From a virus, in the IMG/VR virus record IMGVR_UViG_3300012228_000001, positions 1 through 64,000 of that record: a stretch of DNA of 64,000 nucleotides. One strand, given 5' to 3'. The position numbers and the translations under genes are program-made. The stretch's first letter is position 1. Each line of letters starts with the position of its first letter. Of the stretch, positions 47,930-56,351 are shown one piece after another. The notes beneath the pieces were generated by a model. The model was not told the DNA's origin. It saw only the letters and a list, made by a program, of their open reading frames with translations, and did not search any database.

Positions 47930-48113
47930 AGGCGACCCGCGATGGATGACGGCGAAGTACGACAGCGTTTGTTATGTCTGCAAAAAGCCGATCAAAAAGT
48001 ACGACCGAATTTTCTATTACCCGAACGGCAAGCACGTCTTGTGCTCCAAGATAGACTGCGGTGAAAAAGCGGCACGCGAATTCGCCAGCGCCGCGTTCGA
48101 TGAGGGGAGTTAG
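47916..48113 (+). CDS. small Zn-binding phage protein
   Basis: DPRW.TAKY.S.C..C...IK....I.YYP...C; SD GGGAG. Confidence 0.7.
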   Translation: MPRYKGDPRWMTAKYDSVCYVCKKPIKKYDRIFYYPNGKHVLCSKIDCGEKAAREFASAAFDEGS

Positions 48114-48117
48114 TAAC

Positions 48118-48372
48118 ATGATAAAACCAACCATTCACAACAACGGCACGTCGCGGCAAGCGCTGTTCGATCAGGTCTTGAACGCCGGATATAAAATTTA
48201 CGACGCCCTCAAGGCGCTGGAAGCGGCGTGCCCCAATGGCCGGGATTATTACCCGCAAGGCGCGGACGCCATTAACAAAGCGATGGCTGAACACACCGTT
48301 CGTCATCACAAGCTAAAAGAAGTGTGGGACGACATGCAAGAGCTGGCCACGCACATTTCCGACGCCGAATAA
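48118..48372 (+). CDS. conserved phage hypothetical protein
   Basis: PTIH.NGTS...L...PNGRDYYPQG..A. Confidence 0.75.
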   Translation: MIKPTIHNNGTSRQALFDQVLNAGYKIYDALKALEAACPNGRDYYPQGADAINKAMAEHTVRHHKLKEVWDDMQELATHISDAE

Positions 48373-48439
48373 GAAAACGGAACACTGCGGGAATAAGAGT
48401 ATGTAGGGGATGGGTAGGCGGATTATTAACCGGGCGCAA
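48372..48439 (+). promoter_or_regulatory. island motif copy 2
   Basis: AGAAAACGGAACACTGCGGGAATAA ... ATTATTAACCGGGCGCAA. Confidence 0.75.
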
Positions 48440-48453
48440 ACGAAGGGAGAGTT

Positions 48454-48621
48454 ATGAACGGGATGGCAAAAATCAGCATGGCCAACAAGGCTAGGTTTTA
48501 CGATTACAAAGCGAGGCAAGCGCAGGCAAAGAAAGAAGCTGCACTAATCCTGAATAAGCTGCTTCGGGTACAGATCGCGGCGATTCCGCCAGCGCATCCG
48601 AAAGCGCGGGTGTCGGCATGA
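48454..48621 (+). CDS. 55-aa basic protein (not in ORF track)
   Basis: SD AGGGAG; ATGA overlap with next gene. Confidence 0.55.
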   Translation: MNGMAKISMANKARFYDYKARQAQAKKEAALILNKLLRVQIAAIPPAHPKARVSA

Positions 48622-48839
48622 AGATCGTCAAACGCACGTTTGCGGCAAAGAAGCATCCGATAGGTAGCGCCGAAAGGGACGAGCTAAACAAAGACTGGCT
48701 TACCAGCGAGTATATGCCGTCGCACAAGTACGGCATACGAAACGATGACAACGGTCACACGCCGTTCACCTATCGGACAAAGGCCGAGGCTCTTGCAAAG
48801 AAATGCGAATTCGCAACGAAAGGGCGATTCTATGTCTGA
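48618..48839 (+). CDS. hypothetical protein
   Basis: packing. Confidence 0.6.
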   Translation: MKIVKRTFAAKKHPIGSAERDELNKDWLTSEYMPSHKYGIRNDDNGHTPFTYRTKAEALAKKCEFATKGRFYV

Positions 48840-49116
48840 ACAGAAAGTCTGCGCCTGCCACGAGCAGGCCAAGGAATTAAAGGCGGACGATTACCCGTAC
48901 AAGTGCCCGACGATACCGGGCCGCGTCCATGTCCAGTGCAAGAAGTGCCACGAGCGGATCGCGCTCGACTTCGGCTCGCTGACCAAGGAAGACGCGGAGA
49001 AAGCGCTGCGCGACGTTGCCCTAACCCCCGGCGAGTGTCCGGGCTACCACGTCGAGTTTAGCATGTGGACTTATTGGCAGTGCGCGAAAGCGCTCGAAGT
49101 AGCGTTCGCAAACTAA
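48832..49116 (+). CDS. Cys-rich hypothetical protein
   Basis: packing; several Cys/His pairs. Confidence 0.6.
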   Translation: MSEQKVCACHEQAKELKADDYPYKCPTIPGRVHVQCKKCHERIALDFGSLTKEDAEKALRDVALTPGECPGYHVEFSMWTYWQCAKALEVAFAN

Positions 49117-49140
49117 CTCAAAAATACGAAGGGAGAATTT

Positions 49141-49617
49141 ATGGGATTTTGTTATACCGACACCGGCCTGCTCTGCTGCGATATTTGCGGTCGACATGGC
49201 GGCGTTCGGAAAATACGGTGCCCGTTTGGCTGGTGCGGGCCGTGCGCCGCTTGCCCGGATTGTCGGAAAGACCCGGACAAGAAAAAATACTTTTCCGCCG
49301 CGCATCATCGCGAGTCGGGTTGCGAGCGCGAGCATGCCAGGTTCGCCGCAAGCGAAAAGCTGCGATACGACTTGATAAACGCCGGACGTGCCGTTCGCTG
49401 CTCGGCCTTGAGCGTCAAGGTCGGCAAGAGAGATAAGGTTCACGTTCTGTTCGCCAAGAAAGACGGATCGTGCATCGGCTTCTACATGAGCGCCGAGACC
49501 TATCACGCCTTCCCGCTGGCCGAACCGAAAACGCCGGAAGACTACCGCAGGCACGGCAAGCTAACCAAAGCACCCGCCGAGTTTCATTTCGGCGGAACAA
49601 CGAAGAGGGCTGCATAA
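49141..49617 (+). CDS. Zn-finger hypothetical protein
   Basis: CCDICG..G.VRK..CPFGWC...A.C..C; SD AGGGAG. Confidence 0.75.
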   Translation: MGFCYTDTGLLCCDICGRHGGVRKIRCPFGWCGPCAACPDCRKDPDKKKYFSAAHHRESGCEREHARFAASEKLRYDLINAGRAVRCSALSVKVGKRDKVHVLFAKKDGSCIGFYMSAETYHAFPLAEPKTPEDYRRHGKLTKAPAEFHFGGTTKRAA

Positions 49618-49618
49618 T

Positions 49619-50164
49619 ATGAACGGGGAATTTCAACTACCGCCTTTGAAAACATTGGACGAAAAAGAAACGCTGGCGCTGCTCAAACTTAGCCTAGAAG
49701 AAATCCATCAACTCGATAGGGAGCTAGGCGGCATGGGCAAGTGGCGCATCAAGTCGCTGTGGCTATGTGAACTTTTGAATCAGCGCGAGAAAACCCACGG
49801 CTTTCAGTACAACGCCGAATTTCTGCGCTGGTTCGAAAAAGAATACGGCGTTGGGCCGTTCGCCGAAAACGGCTCGACTCTATCGATATTGATCTACAAC
49901 GCGCAGGGATACCGACGCCATGATCGGCTCGTAGCCGAGGGGTGGCAACCGGGGAGCGAAGCATTGCTACAAGAAGCCTTCGAGCAGAATCGAATGCTTG
50001 AGATTCGCAAAAGCAGTCTCTTTGGCGGCGTTGGCATAACTCCGCTCAAGATTAAGAAAGTCGGCGACAAGCTTTATGCGATGGCCCCAAAGAAACGAAA
50101 GTATGCCGTCAACATTGTCGGCGAGCCGGTGCGGATGAAAGGCGAGGTTAATGCCACAAGCTGA
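49619..50164 (+). CDS. hypothetical protein
   Basis: packing. Confidence 0.65.
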   Translation: MNGEFQLPPLKTLDEKETLALLKLSLEEIHQLDRELGGMGKWRIKSLWLCELLNQREKTHGFQYNAEFLRWFEKEYGVGPFAENGSTLSILIYNAQGYRRHDRLVAEGWQPGSEALLQEAFEQNRMLEIRKSSLFGGVGITPLKIKKVGDKLYAMAPKKRKYAVNIVGEPVRMKGEVNATS

Positions 50165-50426
50165 TAAGTGGGCAAAGCAATGGCAAGTGCAAGGGAGCGC
50201 CTCCGCTCCCTACACTGTGTCAGTCGATTGGAACAGCAATTGGGCTTGCAGTTGCGTCGGATGGATACGGCATTTCCCGCGCCAGGATTGCAAGCATATC
50301 AAGAAAATACGTTGTAGCTGCACCGGGCCGGGAATTTGTTGTCACATCAAACAAAGCATGTCGCCGGAAGTCGAGAAGCCTAAGTCGCGGCTATCGATCC
50401 GGTCAGTCAGAAACGAGGGATTATGA
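50151..50426 (+). CDS. SWIM zinc-finger protein
   Basis: YTVS....WACSC.GW......CKHI. Confidence 0.75.
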   Translation: MPQADKWAKQWQVQGSASAPYTVSVDWNSNWACSCVGWIRHFPRQDCKHIKKIRCSCTGPGICCHIKQSMSPEVEKPKSRLSIRSVRNEGL

Positions 50427-50440
50427 AAGGGGGGAGAAAC

Positions 50441-50737
50441 ATGAAAGCGCAGGAAAAACACAAACTGTTTCGGGAGCAGGTCGCAAGCGGGGTGTGGCCG
50501 CAAGATAGCTGCGAGAAGTGCCTGCACAAATACTACGCCTGCAAGACATGCGGGCATAGCCAGTTCACCAAGCCGGATCAGCCGGACGAACTGTGCAGCA
50601 AGTGTCACGGCGGGGTTTTGGTCTATACCGAAACTCGCATCTGTTGCGAACGGTTCGGCCATCACTTGTACTCTTGCTGCCTGCACTGCGGCAACGATGA
50701 ACGGAATATCCGCAACATGAACTTTAGGGGGGAATAG
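50441..50737 (+). CDS. multi-CxxC protein
   Basis: five Cys pairs; SD GGGGAG. Confidence 0.65.
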   Translation: MKAQEKHKLFREQVASGVWPQDSCEKCLHKYYACKTCGHSQFTKPDQPDELCSKCHGGVLVYTETRICCERFGHHLYSCCLHCGNDERNIRNMNFRGE

Positions 50738-51591
50738 TGATTTTAGAGATACCGATTGAGCAGATAATGCCCGACCCGAACCAGCCCCGTAAAACTTTCG
50801 ATCAAGCCAAGATCGACTCGCTTGGTCAATCGATCAAGCAAGTGGGGCTGATTCAGCCTATTCTTGTCCGGCCCGCCGACGCCAACGGCGTGCATCTTAT
50901 CGTCGCGGGGGAGCGCCGCTACCGGGCGCATCTTTCCGCTTGCATCGGAGTAATCCGGTGTTGTATATATTACGGGGAAAATAAAGCTGAAACATTGGCG
51001 GTTCAGCTAATTGAGAACCTTGACCGTGAAGACATGAACCCTGTCGACACGGCCAAGGGTTTTCAATCGTTGTTGGAAGCGGGATGGCAAATCGAGACGG
51101 TCGCAGAGCGAACGGGATTAAGCCCAAGTACGATTCAATCGAAGTTGAATTTGCTTAATCTGGATCAACGGATTCAGAAGCAAGTCGCTGCCGGTCAACT
51201 CTTCGAGTCGGTTGCCATCGCCCTTTCACGACTAAGCAAGAACGGTCAGTTTCTAGCGCTGCGTAGGATCAAGTCGAAATCCTACGCGGAAGCAAGACCC
51301 GTGATCGACGCGGTGCTGTGCCAAGAACAGCAAGTCGATTTGTTCGCTGCGCCAGAATCTAAGCGCGACGCGAATAAGCTGGTTCGCGCCTACACGATGG
51401 CGATGTTGTCGCTTGTGGCGTTCTGCAAGAAAGTCTACGGCGACGACTACCGGGTGCTGGCGGGCAGGCTGGACGATGGCCGGTTAGGCAAGCGGATCGA
51501 CGAGATCGATCTGGCGATCAAAGGTTTGAAAAGAATCAAGCATGAACTGGAAGTCTACCAGCACGCGAAAAAACTTAGGAGAGTGGCATGA
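50737..51591 (+). CDS. parB: ParB/Spo0J-family protein
   Basis: PDPNQPRKTFD, G.IQPILVR, IVAGERRYRA, ENLDREDMNP, HTH. Confidence 0.9.
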   Translation: MILEIPIEQIMPDPNQPRKTFDQAKIDSLGQSIKQVGLIQPILVRPADANGVHLIVAGERRYRAHLSACIGVIRCCIYYGENKAETLAVQLIENLDREDMNPVDTAKGFQSLLEAGWQIETVAERTGLSPSTIQSKLNLLNLDQRIQKQVAAGQLFESVAIALSRLSKNGQFLALRRIKSKSYAEARPVIDAVLCQEQQVDLFAAPESKRDANKLVRAYTMAMLSLVAFCKKVYGDDYRVLAGRLDDGRLGKRIDEIDLAIKGLKRIKHELEVYQHAKKLRRVA

Positions 51592-51968
51592 AATATACAA
51601 CATACGATTCCCGCAAGCCGTTCAAGTCGGCAGACTTCGGGCAGGTCAAGCGCGATATTGGCGTGCTCGTATCGATACCGTTCCGTCACATGGGAATAAT
51701 ACCGGGCCGTCCGCGTTGCGTCGAAGTGTCCTACGAGACGCCGCGAATGTTCAACACGGAAACCTATGCGGCACTTGCGGTGCCGGAACATCACTGGCGA
51801 CCGGAAGCCATTGCGCAAACCGAAACGATTATCGGCAATATCGACAAGCTGATTGCTGACCTAAACAGCCATCGGTCGCGGCTCAAAGTGGCGGTCGGGC
51901 GGCTACGCGATATCGAGAACATGAAACAACGGATGATTTACCAAGCGATACAGGAGAACCTAACATGA
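51588..51968 (+). CDS. hypothetical protein
   Basis: ATGA overlaps, SD AGGAG. Confidence 0.65.
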   Translation: MKYTTYDSRKPFKSADFGQVKRDIGVLVSIPFRHMGIIPGRPRCVEVSYETPRMFNTETYAALAVPEHHWRPEAIAQTETIIGNIDKLIADLNSHRSRLKVAVGRLRDIENMKQRMIYQAIQENLT

Positions 51969-52243
51969 TCTATCTAACATGCTGCGTCGCTTCGACTGCG
52001 GCAAAGATTCGCGCAATGCGCGACCGGGAACGCCGGATTGGATACGCAACAGCCCGCAAGGCCATCGGCGGCGAGACGCTGGATGATTGGGCGAGCGCCA
52101 TGCGGTATGACACCGGATCGGAACGCGGCGGCTTGCGGCTGCAAAACGATTTCGCCGTTTCGTACTATCGCAGCGTTTACGATGGGAAGCCATGCGTGTT
52201 CATCGAGCATTCGGCAATCGAATATATTTTCGTGCGAGGGTAA
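51965..52243 (+). CDS. conserved phage hypothetical protein
   Basis: D.AVSYYRS.Y.G.PC....HSAIEYIF. Confidence 0.7.
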   Translation: MIYLTCCVASTAAKIRAMRDRERRIGYATARKAIGGETLDDWASAMRYDTGSERGGLRLQNDFAVSYYRSVYDGKPCVFIEHSAIEYIFVRG

Positions 52244-52245
52244 AT

Positions 52246-52470
52246 ATGAGCTATCCAACACTCAAAGAAGTAAACGCGGCAGATCACGAGCAGATTTGCC
52301 GCTGGTGGCGCTTTCTACCGTCGCCCGGCACGGGCGCGATTGGCGAGCATAGCTTTAAGGCGGCGCTGGCACGCGAGGCAAAAATCATGGATCGCATCGG
52401 CGAGCGCCTATACAAAGAGTTCGGCGGCTTTACGCCAGAAATCAGCAAAAAGATCGGATGGGAAAGATGA
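52246..52470 (+). CDS. conserved phage hypothetical protein
   Basis: QI.RW.RFLPSP...GGFTPEISK.IGW. Confidence 0.7.
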   Translation: MSYPTLKEVNAADHEQICRWWRFLPSPGTGAIGEHSFKAALAREAKIMDRIGERLYKEFGGFTPEISKKIGWER

Positions 52471-52823
52471 CAAAACGTTGGGAAAGACGGCGCTATTTCA
52501 AGTTCACTTGGGCCGTGCCGCCGTCTGGCAAAGTGAGGCTCGGCGACATGGCGCTGGACTCGTTTCCGATCACCGACAAGCCGCTTGTAATCTACGGCTA
52601 CGAGTCTGATTCGGAGTTCAACGACGATCACGGCTATATCGACGAGTGCCTATGGCACGGCAAGGTGCATGGCTACTGGTTCTCGATCAAGTGCGTTGAC
52701 GGCGAGTGGGGGTCAAACCCGCTTGCCAGGATGACGCAGATTAGCGCGGAAGAATTTGAACTGGCGAAGAACGTCGGCTTCAAGGTCGACTGGACGCGAG
52801 CGCCGAGAAAGGAAGGGCTATGA
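52467..52823 (+). CDS. hypothetical protein
   Basis: ATGA overlaps; G.WFS..C..GE.G motif. Confidence 0.65.
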   Translation: MTKRWERRRYFKFTWAVPPSGKVRLGDMALDSFPITDKPLVIYGYESDSEFNDDHGYIDECLWHGKVHGYWFSIKCVDGEWGSNPLARMTQISAEEFELAKNVGFKVDWTRAPRKEGL

Positions 52824-52969
52824 GATTTGTTTTTACCCTAGTGGCAGCAACGCTAATTGGCCTGACGCTGCGATTCCAAGGCGCACCCGATTGGGCCGCA
52901 ACGATGTTCACAATCGCCTTCTGCGGCGTCATGGGTTATCTGGCGGGCCGAGACACAAAGAAAGGGTGA
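52820..52969 (+). CDS. 49-aa two-TM membrane protein (not in ORF track)
   Basis: MRFVFTLVAATLIGLTL...WAATMFTIAFCGVMGYLAG. Confidence 0.55.
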   Translation: MRFVFTLVAATLIGLTLRFQGAPDWAATMFTIAFCGVMGYLAGRDTKKG

Positions 52970-52975
52970 GGGGTC

Positions 52976-53164
52976 ATGGAGAACAAAAGACATACCGAGT
53001 TGCATCAAGCGCTCGACGAGTTGTGCGCGTGCTACTTTTCGCAGACGCGCAAACTCTTTTCGCAGTCGACAATTTTGGAGCTGATGCAGTTCAGCTCGAA
53101 GCTGATGGACATGGAACAGGACGGCAAAATTCCGCCGTGCTTTGTGGAGGGAAAACATGATTGA
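52976..53164 (+). CDS. hypothetical protein
   Basis: RH.ELH.ALDEL.A.Y...T motif; SD GAGGGG. Confidence 0.65.
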   Translation: MENKRHTELHQALDELCACYFSQTRKLFSQSTILELMQFSSKLMDMEQDGKIPPCFVEGKHD

Positions 53165-53444
53165 ACTAAGCGCAGATAAGCCGCTCAAGCGCGGCATACC
53201 GGGCACGCATTTCTACGTCGAACTTTTTGCCGGACATTTTACCATCAAGGCTAGAGGGTCGCGCAGGTCGGGCGCGCATTGTAATTGGGTGCTCGTTCTC
53301 AAATCCCCCGAAGCGGTGGTGCCAATGAGCGCACCGGCCAAGATACGCAACGGGCTGGAATACCTACGGTGGATCGTTGAGCGGCAGGAACGAAAGGGGA
53401 AGCGTGAAAACAATAGACGCGCCGATGCTAAAGAGAATCCTTGA
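53157..53444 (+). CDS. hypothetical protein
   Basis: SD GGAGG. Confidence 0.55.
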   Translation: MIELSADKPLKRGIPGTHFYVELFAGHFTIKARGSRRSGAHCNWVLVLKSPEAVVPMSAPAKIRNGLEYLRWIVERQERKGKRENNRRADAKENP

Positions 53445-53823
53445 TACGCTGGTGCCGTCGTCCGACCGCGATTTCACTGTCGAGATCGTGGCCGGGCGGC
53501 ATCGCCGCAGGCGCATCGCGGCGCAGTACCGCGTCATCGATAAGTCGATCAAGACATACGGCGAGTTTCATCCGTTGACAATCGTCGCGCTAGGCGTGCA
53601 TGAGCTGGCTCACCACGTCGCCCGCAAGCGCGGGTACGGCGGGCACGGCAAGGGGTTTATCGACACGCTCGACAAACTGGTGCGCCTTTTCAATCTCGGT
53701 TACGCCGAATCGATGAAAATGGATTTGAACTTCGACAAGCGTCAACCGTCGACGAAAATGCTCTTTTTCATCAAAAGGGAGAAAACGGAACACCACGGGA
53801 ATATAAGGGTAGAGAGGGGGTGA
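53404..53823 (+). CDS. SprT-like zinc metalloprotease domain protein
   Basis: HELAHH....GHG..F. Confidence 0.65.
   Translation: MKTIDAPMLKRILDTLVPSSDRDFTVEIVAGRHRRRRIAAQYRVIDKSIKTYGEFHPLTIVALGVHELAHHVARKRGYGGHGKGFIDTLDKLVRLFNLGYAESMKMDLNFDKRQPSTKMLFFIKREKTEHHGNIRVERG
53780..53820 (+). promoter_or_regulatory. island motif copy 3, upstream half
   Basis: AGAAAACGGAACACCACGGGAATA (2 mismatches); downstream half displaced to 54349-54364. Confidence 0.7.
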
Positions 53824-53829
53824 TCCGAA

Positions 53830-54345
53830 ATGATGGCGAAGGCCAAAGCAGAATACCAGCGACGATGGCGACGAGCTAATCTTGATAGGTTTGCGAAATG
53901 GCAAAGAGATTATAGATCGCGGCATCCCGAAAAAGTACGAGCGCAGTTAAACGCTTGGAGATTGAAGAATCCTGAATCATACAACGCCATCATCGCTCGC
54001 TGGCGAGATACGCATCGCGCAGAATGGCAAGCCTACAGCGCCAGATGGCGCAGAGAGAATGCCGCAGCTAGGCGCGAGCATGACTTGAAACGGCGGGCCG
54101 CAAAACAGAAAGCGACAATTCGGGACAGAAAGAAAATTGCCGCATGGATCAAGTCATGGCACCGAAAGCCGAAGGTCCGCTGTCACTGGTGCCGAAAGTA
54201 TTTGCCAGGGAGAAAGTGCCAAGTTGACCATGTAATCCCGCTGTCCAAGGGCGGGCGACACACGCTCAACAATCTGGTCAAATCGTGCGGCGATTGCAAC
54301 ATGCGCAAGGGCGCAAAACTAATTGTGAGGGTGAAGGGAGAGTAA
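53830..54345 (+). CDS. HNH endonuclease paralogue 1
   Basis: CHWC...VDHVIPLSKGG.H...NLVKSC..CN..K; 15-aa helical repeats. Confidence 0.9.
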   Translation: MMAKAKAEYQRRWRRANLDRFAKWQRDYRSRHPEKVRAQLNAWRLKNPESYNAIIARWRDTHRAEWQAYSARWRRENAAARREHDLKRRAAKQKATIRDRKKIAAWIKSWHRKPKVRCHWCRKYLPGRKCQVDHVIPLSKGGRHTLNNLVKSCGDCNMRKGAKLIVRVKGE

Positions 54346-54388
54346 GGCTTACTAACGGGCGCAACCAAGGGAAGGGAGAAAGATCGAT

Positions 54389-54772
54389 ATGTCTCATATC
54401 GCGAATTACGCAACCGAGATTCAGAACCCCGACTTGAACCTGCTCGCGCAGGCTTTTCAAGTCGTGGCGCAAACCCACGGCGGGCAAGTAGGCTCGCAAG
54501 TTTTCGAGTACAGCAACAGCTACGCGCAGGACGTGCAGCTCGCGCTAACCACGCCGAACTTCAAGCGCGGCATCGGTATCAAGATCGGCGCAAACGGCAA
54601 GCTGGAATTTGTCGGCGATCCGTATAACGCGCAAAAGCAGTGGGCGGAATTACAGCAGGAAATACTAAACACGTTCACCGCGCTCGGCTTTAACGACGCG
54701 CTGCTTGAACTCGGCTACGCCGTCGATATCGAACAGTCTAACGGCGAGATTCAACTAACGGCCCTGGCGTGA
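54389..54772 (+). CDS. DUF1257 (Ycf35)-like protein
   Basis: MSH....TEI....LL..A, IG......L..VGD.Y, GY.V. Confidence 0.65.
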   Translation: MSHIANYATEIQNPDLNLLAQAFQVVAQTHGGQVGSQVFEYSNSYAQDVQLALTTPNFKRGIGIKIGANGKLEFVGDPYNAQKQWAELQQEILNTFTALGFNDALLELGYAVDIEQSNGEIQLTALA

Positions 54773-55422
54773 CCGAGCACCAGCGATTATTAGCCTGCCA
54801 AGCAACGGCAAGATGGCGCTCGGCGCATCGTGAGCAAGCCAGAGAAGCTACGCGGAAATGGCGACGTAAACATAGAAAGGGGGTTGAGGCGTACCGCAAG
54901 TTGTATCGAGAGCGAAACCGCAGCGCGATTTTAGCTTACAATGCACAATATCGAGTCAAACATAAAACGCGGCGCAATAAGTATAGTCGTCTGTGGTATG
55001 CGACTTATGGGAAAGAGTATCAAAATCAATGGTATGCCAGAAATCGGCACAGGTGTTTAACTTCTGCCGCCAAGTGGCGCGTAAAGCATTCTGACCGCAT
55101 CCTTAAATGGCGGGCTAATAACCCGCACATCTTACGACAGCAATCGATGAAACGTCGCGCCCTGAAGCGCGGTGCTGCCGTTGGGGATGCAAAGGCCATC
55201 ATCGCCTGGATAAAATCGTGGCAACGCAAGCGATGGGTTAAGTGCCACTGGTGCCGCAAATCATTTCTTGGCAAAAAGTGTCACGCCGATCATGTGATAC
55301 CGCTGTCCAAGGGCGGGGCGCATTCGAGAAGAAATCTGGTCGTGTCGTGTGCGACGTGCAATCGTCGAAAATTTACTCTGTTACCTAAATCATGGAAGGA
55401 GAAACGTTATGGCGGGTTTTAA
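54769..55422 (+). CDS. HNH endonuclease paralogue 2
   Basis: same C-terminal domain as paralogue 1. Confidence 0.9.
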   Translation: MTEHQRLLACQATARWRSAHREQAREATRKWRRKHRKGVEAYRKLYRERNRSAILAYNAQYRVKHKTRRNKYSRLWYATYGKEYQNQWYARNRHRCLTSAAKWRVKHSDRILKWRANNPHILRQQSMKRRALKRGAAVGDAKAIIAWIKSWQRKRWVKCHWCRKSFLGKKCHADHVIPLSKGGAHSRRNLVVSCATCNRRKFTLLPKSWKEKRYGGF

Positions 55423-55621
55423 GATTGTTATTCAGAAATCGGGGAATGTAATCACCGAAGCGGAAGGGTTCGCGGGAGAGACTTGTGTCACTCGTGCGGG
55501 CGAAATCATGGAAGCCCTTAAACGGCGCGGCATCGGCGTTCACCTGGATACTTTTCACATGAAAGACCCTTCGTGCGAAGGCGTCGTTCACTTGGCCGAC
55601 GTTTTGAAAAGCGGGAAGTAG
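55409..55621 (+). CDS. DUF2997-like protein
   Basis: I.I...G.V..EAEGF.G..C motif; SD AAGGAG. Confidence 0.7.
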   Translation: MAGFKIVIQKSGNVITEAEGFAGETCVTRAGEIMEALKRRGIGVHLDTFHMKDPSCEGVVHLADVLKSGK

Positions 55622-55628
55622 TGCGGGC

Positions 55629-56351
55629 ATGAGCAAGCGGAGCAAGCAGCGCGAATACGACGCGAAGCGGAGATACGACCCTCACCGGATCGCTTCGCGT
55701 CGAGAACAGGGGCGGCGCTACCTTATCGCCAATCGGGACCGGATCACGAAATATCAACGCGAATGGGATGCGAACAACCGTGGGAAGAAAAGGGGGTATC
55801 AACGAAAATACTACGCCACGCACCGCAAGCAAATTAAAGCGCGTCGAGCGAATGGACGACCGGCTATGTTGGCTTACCTAAAGAAATATAGGGCGGCGCA
55901 CCGCGAAGAATTTGCCGCTCGCGACGCCGCATATCACCGGGCGCACCCGGAAGCCAATAGGGCTGCGGTTCGCAGATACTTCAAGCGGCATCGAAGGCGG
56001 ATCATGGCACGGATTAAACGCTGGAATGCGGCTCACCCGGAAAATGGACGCCAGCGAGTAATGCGATATCACGCCAGGAAGAAAGGGGCGAAGGTTGGCG
56101 ACGCAAAGGCAATCGCAGCATGGATTGCATCGTGGCACCGCAAGCCGAAAGTTCGCTGCCACTGGTGCCACAAGTATTTTCCCGGCAAGTCGTGCCATGC
56201 CGACCATGTTGTGCCGCTGTCCAAGGGCGGGGCGCATGTACTCAAAAACTTGGTTAAATCGTGCGGCGATTGCAACAGGCGTAAAAGCGCGAAGTTGCCG
56301 CAGAAATGGAGAAAGGAAATAAAACATGGACTGGTTTCACGAACTCGCTGA
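55629..56351 (+). CDS. HNH endonuclease paralogue 3
   Basis: same C-terminal domain as paralogues 1 and 2. Confidence 0.9.
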   Translation: MSKRSKQREYDAKRRYDPHRIASRREQGRRYLIANRDRITKYQREWDANNRGKKRGYQRKYYATHRKQIKARRANGRPAMLAYLKKYRAAHREEFAARDAAYHRAHPEANRAAVRRYFKRHRRRIMARIKRWNAAHPENGRQRVMRYHARKKGAKVGDAKAIAAWIASWHRKPKVRCHWCHKYFPGKSCHADHVVPLSKGGAHVLKNLVKSCGDCNRRKSAKLPQKWRKEIKHGLVSRTR

